Source: an uncultured Flavobacteriia bacterium (GTDB lineage: Bacteria; Bacteroidota; Bacteroidia; Flavobacteriales_D; Crocinitomicaceae). From it: DNA of 64,000 nt. The stretch covers positions 117,748-181,747 of the forward strand of contig CALJTX010000019.1 of NCBI GenBank assembly GCA_937975705.1. The letters run 5' to 3'. The notes below the pieces were generated by a model. It worked only from the letters and a program-made list of their open reading frames with translations. It searched no databases and was not told where the DNA came from. This document shows, piece by piece, positions 18,696 to 27,146 of the stretch (within the stretch, counting starts at the first letter, position 1; every line of letters begins with the position of its first letter). Made by a program: the position numbers and the translations under genes.

Positions 18696-19447
18696 ACCTC
18701 GAATTAAAAGATAAAATTGTGTGTATTACCGGTGCCTCAGGTGGGATTGGCTTGGCTCTGGTGAGTGCTTTTTTAGATGAGGGAGCTATTGTTTGCGCTA
18801 CGTATCATCGCAACCCAGATAAAATTGAGCAGCTGCGCGCCACGCTCGATCCAATGATTGGTTCTCATTTATTTGCGTACCCACTCGATCTTCAAAACCA
18901 AGCAAGTCAAAGCGCATGTGTTGCTGCAATGTGTAACGCACATCAGCGCATCGATGTCTTGGTCAATTGTGCAGGTTCGGCCTTAGAAAAACCTTTCTTG
19001 CTCTTGACACCCGAAGAAATTACGCAGCAAATCACCACTAATTTTAGCCAACAAGCACTTTTCACACAGCAAGTAGCTAAGGTCATGCTTGCACAGCGCA
19101 AAGGCAATATTGTCAATATTTCGAGTTTGTTAGCCAAACGTTTGGGTAGGGGAGTGGCTGTATATGCTGCAGCCAAAGCGGCTATTGATCGCTTTACACA
19201 AACACTTGCTCTAGAGGTAGGTAAAAAAGGCATTCGTGTCAACAGCATCAATCCAGGCCTCATTGCCACCAAGATGAGCAAAAATATCCAAGCGAATATG
19301 CCAGCGGAGCTCATGAATATGAGTCCGATTTCGAGGCCGGGCACACCAGAAGAAATTGCACAAGCAGCCTTGTTTTTAGCTTCAGACCGAGCAGCTAGTT
19401 ACATCACTGGCGTTTGTTTATCTGTAGATGGAGGCCTCAGTATTTAA
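18692..19447 (+). CDS. 3-oxoacyl-ACP reductase (FabG-type SDR)
   Basis: 'ITGASGGIGLA' cofactor motif, 'NISS', 'YAAAKAA' (YxxxK). 251 aa. Confidence 0.85.
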   Translation: MNLELKDKIVCITGASGGIGLALVSAFLDEGAIVCATYHRNPDKIEQLRATLDPMIGSHLFAYPLDLQNQASQSACVAAMCNAHQRIDVLVNCAGSALEKPFLLLTPEEITQQITTNFSQQALFTQQVAKVMLAQRKGNIVNISSLLAKRLGRGVAVYAAAKAAIDRFTQTLALEVGKKGIRVNSINPGLIATKMSKNIQANMPAELMNMSPISRPGTPEEIAQAALFLASDRAASYITGVCLSVDGGLSI

Positions 19448-19467
19448 TTCAAATTTATATTTCAAAA

Positions 19468-19863
19468 ATGACACAGAACGAAGAAATTATCGAACAAATC
19501 AAGCAAATCATCCACCAGTCTTGTGGTATTGACCCTGCCGTCATGCATGCGCATTCAACGATTTTTGATGAATTGAGCATCGATTCTATCGATATGGTAG
19601 ACATTTTATTTCAATTGGAAAGACACTATAATATTGAGCTCAAAATTTCTGAAATTGAGCAGCAATCTAAAGTTGAAATGGGAGAGGAACCTTTTGAAGT
19701 AAACCAAATCATTACGCCAAAAGGACTTGAAGTTTTGCGCCGACGCATGCCTGAGATAGATCCCAATCTACTCAAGGAGGGACTGTCTATGTTCGATGTG
19801 ATCAAATTGATCAATATCCAAAGTTTGGCAAATATGGTAGCGCATCAACTCGCTAAAAAATAA
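19468..19863 (+). CDS. acyl carrier protein with an internal insertion
   Basis: ATG at 19468 (the track start 19414 would overlap the end of fabG). 'DELSIDSIDMVDILFQLE' is the phosphopantetheine-Ser/helix II motif. 131 aa versus the usual ~80 aa. Confidence 0.7.
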   Translation: MTQNEEIIEQIKQIIHQSCGIDPAVMHAHSTIFDELSIDSIDMVDILFQLERHYNIELKISEIEQQSKVEMGEEPFEVNQIITPKGLEVLRRRMPEIDPNLLKEGLSMFDVIKLINIQSLANMVAHQLAKK

Positions 19864-19867
19864 AGGT

Positions 19868-21007
19868 ATGCCCGGCGTAATCTATCGCATTGCCGCACAG
19901 GAAGCACTTTATGGTTTTGGAGATCCTATTTTGGATGTCCCGATCCTAAATGAAAGTTTGGGGACCTATCAAGCGCGCATTTGTGCACAATGCGGTATGC
20001 GTATTGTGGATGTCTCATCAATTGAAAATTTACCTCAAACGGATATGCCCTTGTGGTATTTCCACGCCAAAATGATTTTCACGCTTGACTTTCTAAAGGC
20101 GGCAATTCAAGAAACAATTGCGAATCCGAGTGCATTTATTCAATTTGGTTTAAAAATGCAGCCCTCGGCTCAGCAGCATTCTTTGCCGATCGCGTTACAT
20201 GAAACCGAACTCACTTTTCCCTTGTTCTATAAAGGTAGTGTGGTTGCCCAACAAGCCCAACGAATTGAATTAGCTGGAAAAGAGTACGAGTGGCAAATTC
20301 AAATGCCCGCTCAGGTAATGCCTGGGGGCACCTACCGCTTGAATCAGAATGCGGTTTTTGCAGCCATGTTATTGTCTCCATTTCATTTGCATGGTGCCAA
20401 TATGGCCCTGAATTTGAACAGGGGTCTTCGGATCCAGGCCCTGCTTCCGGATTGGCTGCGCATGCGCATTTCCAAACCTTTTACCAAACTGACTTCTTTT
20501 GGATTAAAGCGCATGAATCGAAGCGGTAAGAATTGTCGAATACACCCGAGCGCTGTGGTGGAGGGTTGTGTCTTAGGCGACAACGTGACCGTTGGAGCCA
20601 ACGCTGTGCTCCGCATGAGTGTCATTGGGAGTGGAACCTTCATTGGCGATACCGCAGTTGTGAGTTTTTCGGTGCTGGGGCCAAATAACTTTGTAAGTAC
20701 GGGTAATCATTTGGTCAACAGCCTCACGTACCCCTCTGTTTTTACGATTCATGGCCCTTATCAGTACAGTATTTTTGGCCAGAACACAGCGGTTTTTGCC
20801 ACCATTAATTCAGATATCCGACTCGATTCAAAAACCATCAAAATACCCACAGAAATAGGGATCTGTGACTCCGGTCAAATTTTGCTTGGGGTGGCTTACG
20901 GACACCGTTCTAAAATTGGCGGTTCAAATATCATTGGCGCAGGGCGATTGGTCCCAAATGACTACGTTTTAAATCCGCCAGATTTCATCACACTTCAATT
21001 TGAATGA
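19868..21007 (+). CDS. left-handed beta-helix (hexapeptide-repeat) protein with GlmU/nucleotidyltransferase-like architecture
   Basis: C-terminal hexapeptide repeats 'IHPSAVVEGCVLGDNVTVGANAVLRMSVIGSGTFIGDTAVV'. The N-terminal ~220 aa is of unclear fold. Confidence 0.45.
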   Translation: MPGVIYRIAAQEALYGFGDPILDVPILNESLGTYQARICAQCGMRIVDVSSIENLPQTDMPLWYFHAKMIFTLDFLKAAIQETIANPSAFIQFGLKMQPSAQQHSLPIALHETELTFPLFYKGSVVAQQAQRIELAGKEYEWQIQMPAQVMPGGTYRLNQNAVFAAMLLSPFHLHGANMALNLNRGLRIQALLPDWLRMRISKPFTKLTSFGLKRMNRSGKNCRIHPSAVVEGCVLGDNVTVGANAVLRMSVIGSGTFIGDTAVVSFSVLGPNNFVSTGNHLVNSLTYPSVFTIHGPYQYSIFGQNTAVFATINSDIRLDSKTIKIPTEIGICDSGQILLGVAYGHRSKIGGSNIIGAGRLVPNDYVLNPPDFITLQFE

Positions 21008-22101
21008 TGGCGCAAAATACTTTTTTAATTGGGGCTTACGGCTATACGGCGCAACTCATTGCTGCACAAATGGCAGCAGCGGGCTTGGCTTTTACCGCGG
21101 TGGGGAGGGATCAAACTAAACTTGAGCAACTCCAACAAGAGTTTGTAAATTGTTATGGGTATATCGTTGCGGATATCCAAAATGAAGCCATGCTCGATTT
21201 TTTACAAAAAGGAGCGGTGGTGATAAATTGTGCGGGCCCATTCAATTTGCTTGCGCCTACCTTATTGGCTAAATGTATTGCTGTTGGCGCACATTATATC
21301 GATATCACCGGAGAACAAGAAATCGTAAGGCAAAGTTATGAGCGCTATGCGCGTACGGCTCGGCAGAATGAAATTTGTGTGCTGCATTCAATGGCTTTTG
21401 AATCTGCTCTAACCGATATTTTATTGAGCCATTCCTTGCAAAAGGTAGCGCAGGACGAAATAGAAGAGGTACAATCGTATTATCATATTGGTAGCCAGCA
21501 AATGAGCCCTGGCACCAAACTAACAATGAAGTTGGCCAATTATCATTCCAATTATATAGTTGAGAACCAGCGTTTGTTGCCTTTTGCAAATCAGTTCGCA
21601 AATGTGCCGAAAGGTTTGCCCTTTGAAGCCGCAAGAGTGGTGCCTTATCCAGAGGTAATTTTTGCCTATGAACGACTTCAGCCAAAGCGCGCGGCGTCTC
21701 ATTTTGTTGTGGAGCAAGGCAGCAATCTATCGTTTTCCGGCCACTTCATGAGGCCAGCTCAAACAGACGAAGCGCAACTTCATTCCATAATTGAACGATT
21801 TAAAAAGGTGCAACATGTGGGCCCAGCAGCCACAGACCGGGAAAAGCAACATTTTGAGCTTTATTTGCTGCTGCATACCCACAACGTGACCCATGTGGCC
21901 TCAATAAGCGGGTACAACATGTATGAAATTACGGCAGCGCTTGTCGTATTGACGCTGCAGCAACTCCAATTACGGCCTACTCATTTTGGCGTCTTGAGTC
22001 CTGGGCAATTTTTAGATCAGGCAGGCTTATCATGGCTTTTAGACAACCCTTATTTTACCTTGAATAGTCCAATAACACTTAAAAATGATGCAAAGATTTA
22101 G
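21004..22101 (+). CDS. saccharopine-dehydrogenase-fold NAD(P)-binding protein (putative trans-acting enoyl reductase)
   Basis: N-terminal Rossmann 'FLIGAYGYTAQLIAAQMAAAG', later 'VINCAGPF'. 365 aa, with ATGA overlap to the upstream gene. Confidence 0.5.
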   Translation: MMAQNTFLIGAYGYTAQLIAAQMAAAGLAFTAVGRDQTKLEQLQQEFVNCYGYIVADIQNEAMLDFLQKGAVVINCAGPFNLLAPTLLAKCIAVGAHYIDITGEQEIVRQSYERYARTARQNEICVLHSMAFESALTDILLSHSLQKVAQDEIEEVQSYYHIGSQQMSPGTKLTMKLANYHSNYIVENQRLLPFANQFANVPKGLPFEAARVVPYPEVIFAYERLQPKRAASHFVVEQGSNLSFSGHFMRPAQTDEAQLHSIIERFKKVQHVGPAATDREKQHFELYLLLHTHNVTHVASISGYNMYEITAALVVLTLQQLQLRPTHFGVLSPGQFLDQAGLSWLLDNPYFTLNSPITLKNDAKI

Positions 22102-24811
22102 GTTTTCATTGCATTTATTGATTTTTCCTGTCTTGCAAATGCTTGCCATGTATGTGCTGTTTGCCGGACATTTTTCAACGCTTTGGTTGCTATTAATCGC
22201 ATGCCTTGCGGCATTTTTACTCAATTGGAACTTACATGTGAGTGTTCACCACTTGGTGCATCATCCACCAAAGCACAAAGTCATCCGCAATTTGTGTTAC
22301 CTGATTTCATCTTTACTACTAGGTCTTCCATTTCATTATTACCAGCTCATTCACCGCAATCACCACAACTTTAACAATGAAGAGGGTGATTTTACCAGTA
22401 CGTGGTCATTTCAGAATGGCACAGCAGCACCCCGACCTTTTTGGTTTTACATTCTTTTTTGGTGGATCCCCAAGGTGCCTTTGTCTGTGCAAATTCAAAA
22501 GGCCCGCTCAACGGGTTGGCTGAATGCAAATGGAGCGCGATGGTTGGGTATAGAGCTGTTGTTGCTTGTCTTCTTTTATGTGCTATTGTTCCTCATTTTT
22601 GGTTGGAAAGGATGCTTGTATGCGCTACTCGTTTATGTAGGATGGGTCCTGATAAGTGCGCAGAATTATGGCCAGCATTTGCCTGTCAATGGGCAGGAAC
22701 AAACCACGAGTGTTTACGCAAAATGGTACAATTGGCTGACGCTCAACAATGGTTTACACCACGAACACCATCAAAGACCACAAGTACAATATGACTGTTT
22801 GGAGCCAGATCCAAACATAAACGACTTACAAAAACCGCATTTAACGGCAGGTTTGAGGCTTCAAAAATGGCGTGGCAGTTTTGTGTTGACTTTGCTCCTC
22901 ATGGTTGGGTTGCTCTCTCAACTCCCGCATTTACAAATGACGGGTAGCCTCGATGGTTTTGCTGCCGGAGATTCAGCAGTCTTTCAAGATGCCCGCAGTT
23001 ATGATTCCATTTTTGGCCAAAGCAAGTTTCGATATTACTGGAGCATAACACCTCAAGCAAATGCAAAGCTTGGCTTTCTAACTTCCTGTACGCAGTTTGA
23101 GCAAGCGCTCAAAAAGCAGACACCCGCGCTGGAGTTCCTTAGCTCATCGGGTCAGTTGCGCAAATTTGCAAGGCTGCGGCTCTATCCCAAACAAATGTCG
23201 GCACGTGATTTTTTGAAGATTGCGGCTCAGCACCCACAACTCGGCAAACTCATTTCAAAAGACGGCAAGTCTTTTTTACTCATTGCCGACTATAAGGGGG
23301 CGTCTGTTCCACTCAAAAAAGTTGCGGCATTGCAACAAATGGAGTTTCCTCAAATCAGTCAAATTAGAGGCTTTGGCATGCAAGGGCTGGAGGCGGCGAT
23401 CGCTAGCTCAATGCAAGAAGACATCTTAACGATTACCGGGCTTATATTTATTTTATTTGGAGGTTATTTGTTTTGGCGTTATCGACGGCTTAGTGCAATC
23501 ATTTATTTAGTGAGCAACATGCTTTTGTCTATTCTACTCACTGTTTGTTTGTTCCCTCTTTTCGGTTACCAAATGACGGTAGTGAGTGTACTTGCCCTTC
23601 CAATAGTATTGGTGCTTTCTTTGAGCGATGCGATTCATTTACTCGGAGGAATTGCCAAAGGTCAGACAAGCGCGGTTACTTTACGTAAAATCTGGATTCC
23701 ATCCTTACTGAGCAGCCTGACCACCGCTATTGCCTTTTTTAGCTTTTACTTCAATGATGCACCGAATATGGTACAGCTTGGAATGGTGACCGGAACCGCC
23801 GTTTTATTGGAATTTTTGGTATCTATGGCGCTAGCACAGCAGTTCTTACACATGGTGAATTTGCGCAAAGCGGAAAGTCAGGTTATTTTAAACACCAGTC
23901 ATTTTTTAGAGCGTCGTCAAAAACAAATAGGTTGGGGGCTTTTGGCTTTGGTGCTTGCTGCACTTTTGCTTTTGCCAAAGTTGCGCTTTGAAGCAGCGAC
24001 CGACGACTTCTTTCCAGACGGCCATCCTGTGACCAAAGAACACGCCTTCTTCAGAAGTCAGTTTGATGCACAAAAAGTACTACACCTTTGGTTTGATGCG
24101 ACTCCTGACGACTCCTTGAAACGCATACAAATTGCAAATTGGCTAGACCAACAACATGCGGCGCATTTGTTGCATTGGGAATTCAAGCCGCAGCAAGCTC
24201 AGAAACCATTAGCAGCAAGTATTTATTTTACAGATACCAAGGCAATCGGTGCCTATTACCGACAACTCGAATACAAAGGTGATTTCAAGCGCGAGGGGCT
24301 GGGCTTGCATGCATATAGTCCGTTTGTTGTTTTTGATGTTGTGAACCAACAGGTTGCGGCTTCCTTATTTTGGAGTCTGCTCACTGCGAGTGCAGCTATT
24401 GTATTGCTCATGTTATGGTTGACAAGAAATCCGCTTCAAGCATTGCTGGGCTTTATTCCCAATTTAGTGCCGTTGGCAGCAGTAGTCGTATTTTTCGTGG
24501 TTTTTGACCAAGGCCTCAATATGCTTACTGCGCTCACATTGGTGGTTTGTGTGGGCTTACTCGATGACGACACCATTCACGTTTTGTATCAGAAGTATGT
24601 GTTGCGCGCTCCAGTAGCGCAGATGAATCCGATCATTATACATGCAGCCATATTACTTGCTTTAGGTTTTGGGTGTTTTGTTTTTAGCAATTTCAAGCCA
24701 ACCCGCATATTTGGGGGCGTGAGCGCGCTCGTTTTTGTTATCGGACTCTTGGGTGAACTCACCTTATTTCAATGGATTTTAAATCAGTTTAATCGAGAAG
24801 TTCATGATTGA
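22085..24811 (+). CDS. fusion protein: membrane fatty-acid desaturase/hydroxylase domain + MMPL/RND-type transporter domain
   Basis: Three His boxes: 'HVSVHHLVHH' (aa 51-60), 'HRNHH' (aa 90-94), 'HHEHH' (aa 225-229). These are followed by two blocks of about 5-6 TM helices, each preceded by a soluble loop (aa ~260-908), as in MMPL/RND exporters. Confidence 0.7.
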   Translation: MMQRFRFSLHLLIFPVLQMLAMYVLFAGHFSTLWLLLIACLAAFLLNWNLHVSVHHLVHHPPKHKVIRNLCYLISSLLLGLPFHYYQLIHRNHHNFNNEEGDFTSTWSFQNGTAAPRPFWFYILFWWIPKVPLSVQIQKARSTGWLNANGARWLGIELLLLVFFYVLLFLIFGWKGCLYALLVYVGWVLISAQNYGQHLPVNGQEQTTSVYAKWYNWLTLNNGLHHEHHQRPQVQYDCLEPDPNINDLQKPHLTAGLRLQKWRGSFVLTLLLMVGLLSQLPHLQMTGSLDGFAAGDSAVFQDARSYDSIFGQSKFRYYWSITPQANAKLGFLTSCTQFEQALKKQTPALEFLSSSGQLRKFARLRLYPKQMSARDFLKIAAQHPQLGKLISKDGKSFLLIADYKGASVPLKKVAALQQMEFPQISQIRGFGMQGLEAAIASSMQEDILTITGLIFILFGGYLFWRYRRLSAIIYLVSNMLLSILLTVCLFPLFGYQMTVVSVLALPIVLVLSLSDAIHLLGGIAKGQTSAVTLRKIWIPSLLSSLTTAIAFFSFYFNDAPNMVQLGMVTGTAVLLEFLVSMALAQQFLHMVNLRKAESQVILNTSHFLERRQKQIGWGLLALVLAALLLLPKLRFEAATDDFFPDGHPVTKEHAFFRSQFDAQKVLHLWFDATPDDSLKRIQIANWLDQQHAAHLLHWEFKPQQAQKPLAASIYFTDTKAIGAYYRQLEYKGDFKREGLGLHAYSPFVVFDVVNQQVAASLFWSLLTASAAIVLLMLWLTRNPLQALLGFIPNLVPLAAVVVFFVVFDQGLNMLTALTLVVCVGLLDDDTIHVLYQKYVLRAPVAQMNPIIIHAAILLALGFGCFVFSNFKPTRIFGGVSALVFVIGLLGELTLFQWILNQFNREVHD

Positions 24812-26621
24812 TGCCAAGGCAAGTTCACTCGCTCAAAAAGTATGGGCGCTCAATGGTAACGAAGCGCTTGCTTATGGCGCTTTGCATGCCGGAGTCGCTT
24901 ATTTTGCGCATTATCCAGGTTCTCCGGTAAATGGAATCGAACCCGTTTTGAAGCAACTCAACACACAACATTCTGCCCAGATTACCTTTAACGATGCGCT
25001 CAATGAGCATATAGCGGCTTGCGCTGCAATAGGAGCGAGTATGACAGGCGCGCGCGCTATGTTGGTCATGAAACATGTTGGGCTCAATATTGCTGCTGAC
25101 CCATTGAATTATGTGGGTTATGCGGGAATCAAAGGTGGAATGCTCATTGTGGTGGGGACGGACCCCGGGGCAAATTCAAGTACGGGAGAAGAAGACGTAC
25201 ATTGGTATGCCAAGCAATTCAATTTGCCCCTATTTGAGCCTACAAGCCCACAAGAACTTTATGATTGCTGCCATAATGGATATGCACTTTCTGAAGCGCT
25301 CGGTTTGCCAATCCTTGTATATGTAACAGGACTCATTTGCCATCAGAGCACCCGCGTCAATACCAGACAGGTGGCAAATGAACCACGCCACTATTATTTT
25401 GAGAAAAATAGAGATCGGTATATCAATGTTGGCCAACGCGCCGTTCAAAATCACCGCTTACTGCTGGAAAAAATAGCTGGTTTTGCGCAGACCCATGCTT
25501 TTTTGAAAGTGGACGGACCGCCAAATGCTCCGTTGGCGGTAATCACAAGAGGTAATACAACATTACACTTTCCTGAAATACGCACCTACATCCCGCAATT
25601 AGCCAATTGCACCTGGATTCAGCTGACTGGTGTTTATCCTCTGCCAAAGAATGCCTTGTTGCCACTGCTTGAAGACAAAACAGAAATCATCGTGATGGAA
25701 GATCAAGATGGTTTTGTAGAGCACCTCATCAAAATGGAGTTGTACAATGAGCTCAGTGCAAAAATTCAAGGAAAAAATCTTTTTCCGGCATATGGTGAAT
25801 TGCGCGTTAACGAGCTACTAGAAATCATGTGTCGATACTTTGGCGTTGTGTATCCGTTTGCAGGTTTACCAAGCTTCCCTATTCCGGAGCGTTTGGGTAC
25901 TTTTTGCGAAGGTTGTCCGCATACGGGGAGTTACTTTGCTATTGAGCAAGCCCTACCCGAACAAGAACGTATCATTGGTGGCGATATCGGTTGTTCGTCT
26001 TTACCTCCATTTCGAGCAGATTGGTTATTGTGTATGAATGCTGGAATTGGACTTGCACAAGGAATGGCCCCGTTTGTACAAGCTCAAAAATTAGTCTCTA
26101 CAGGAGGTGATGGTAGTTTTTTTCACGGTGGTTTATTGGCCGTATTGAGCGCTATTCAAAATAAAGTCAATTTGGTACACCTCGTTTTTGACAACAAAAG
26201 TGTTGCCATGACCGGGCATCAGTTATCTGCCTCCACGCAGGTAGCTTATGCAGATTTACTGCGCGCACTAGGCGTTGCATCCTTTTCTGAAGCCAGCGCA
26301 TTTCATCCAAAAGAGCTTGAAGCACTTGTAAAAGAAAAAGAACAGCTCGAGGGGGTTCATGTCATCTGGGTAAGCGGGGCCTGTGCACAAATACCTGATG
26401 CACGTGCTACTTTTAGAAGGGCGCATTACGCACCTCAGATCGATGCCAGTAAATGTGCTTCATGTACCTTGTGTTATGAATCATTGGCTTGCCCCGCAAT
26501 TGATCGGGATGAGAAGGGGCAGTTTCAGATCGATTTGGCGCGCTGTATGCGCTGTGGTGTGTGCCATGAAATTTGTCCGAACGACGCCATTGACTTAGGC
26601 GCAAAAACAGGTCAAGCATGA
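24804..26621 (+). CDS. iorA: indolepyruvate:ferredoxin oxidoreductase alpha subunit-like (TPP + 2x[4Fe-4S])
   Basis: 'LNGNEALAYGALHAGVAYFAHYPGSP' N-terminus, 'GDIGCSSL' TPP region, and C-terminal ferredoxin motifs 'CASCTLCYESLACP' and 'CMRCGVCHEICP'. Confidence 0.8.
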   Translation: MIDAKASSLAQKVWALNGNEALAYGALHAGVAYFAHYPGSPVNGIEPVLKQLNTQHSAQITFNDALNEHIAACAAIGASMTGARAMLVMKHVGLNIAADPLNYVGYAGIKGGMLIVVGTDPGANSSTGEEDVHWYAKQFNLPLFEPTSPQELYDCCHNGYALSEALGLPILVYVTGLICHQSTRVNTRQVANEPRHYYFEKNRDRYINVGQRAVQNHRLLLEKIAGFAQTHAFLKVDGPPNAPLAVITRGNTTLHFPEIRTYIPQLANCTWIQLTGVYPLPKNALLPLLEDKTEIIVMEDQDGFVEHLIKMELYNELSAKIQGKNLFPAYGELRVNELLEIMCRYFGVVYPFAGLPSFPIPERLGTFCEGCPHTGSYFAIEQALPEQERIIGGDIGCSSLPPFRADWLLCMNAGIGLAQGMAPFVQAQKLVSTGGDGSFFHGGLLAVLSAIQNKVNLVHLVFDNKSVAMTGHQLSASTQVAYADLLRALGVASFSEASAFHPKELEALVKEKEQLEGVHVIWVSGACAQIPDARATFRRAHYAPQIDASKCASCTLCYESLACPAIDRDEKGQFQIDLARCMRCGVCHEICPNDAIDLGAKTGQA

Positions 26622-27142
26622 AACAAGAACTGCGCATATTAATAGCCGGGGTTGGCGGGCAGGGCATTCATGGCTTTGTGCGCGTGCTGCAACAAGAGAT
26701 GTACACTCAAGGTTATGAACTGATTTGCGCGCGCTATAAAGGTGGGGCCCAAAGCCTTGGCTCAGTTCATGCAGAAATAAAGATCTTTTTAAGCCCAGCG
26801 CAGGCTAGCGAACAGCAGAGTAGCCAACTGATTCCGGGCACCATCGATATCTTGCTTGGGCTCGAACGCTGGGAAACCCTACGTTTCTTGCCTTTTTGTC
26901 ACAACCAAACCTTCATTGTCTGCGATACCTACACAGAATTTCCGCCAGGAACCAAACGTCAAGATGACCTGCCTTCAATTGATACGTACTTTTCGAGATT
27001 GACCAATCCAATGATAAGCAAAGACTTTGTAGCATTAGCCCACGCTCGGGGCTGGTCAAAATCAGCAGTTCCATTCTTGCTTTTTAATGAGGCTATCGAG
27101 GCGCTTGGCCTAACGACAACTATTCAACAACTAAAACCTTAA
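26618..27142 (+). CDS. iorB: indolepyruvate/2-oxoacid:ferredoxin oxidoreductase beta(gamma-type) subunit
   Basis: 'ILIAGVGGQGIHGF' P-loop-like motif of the POR gamma/IorB family. ATGA overlap with iorA. Confidence 0.7.
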   Translation: MKQELRILIAGVGGQGIHGFVRVLQQEMYTQGYELICARYKGGAQSLGSVHAEIKIFLSPAQASEQQSSQLIPGTIDILLGLERWETLRFLPFCHNQTFIVCDTYTEFPPGTKRQDDLPSIDTYFSRLTNPMISKDFVALAHARGWSKSAVPFLLFNEAIEALGLTTTIQQLKP

Positions 27143-27146
27143 CCAC

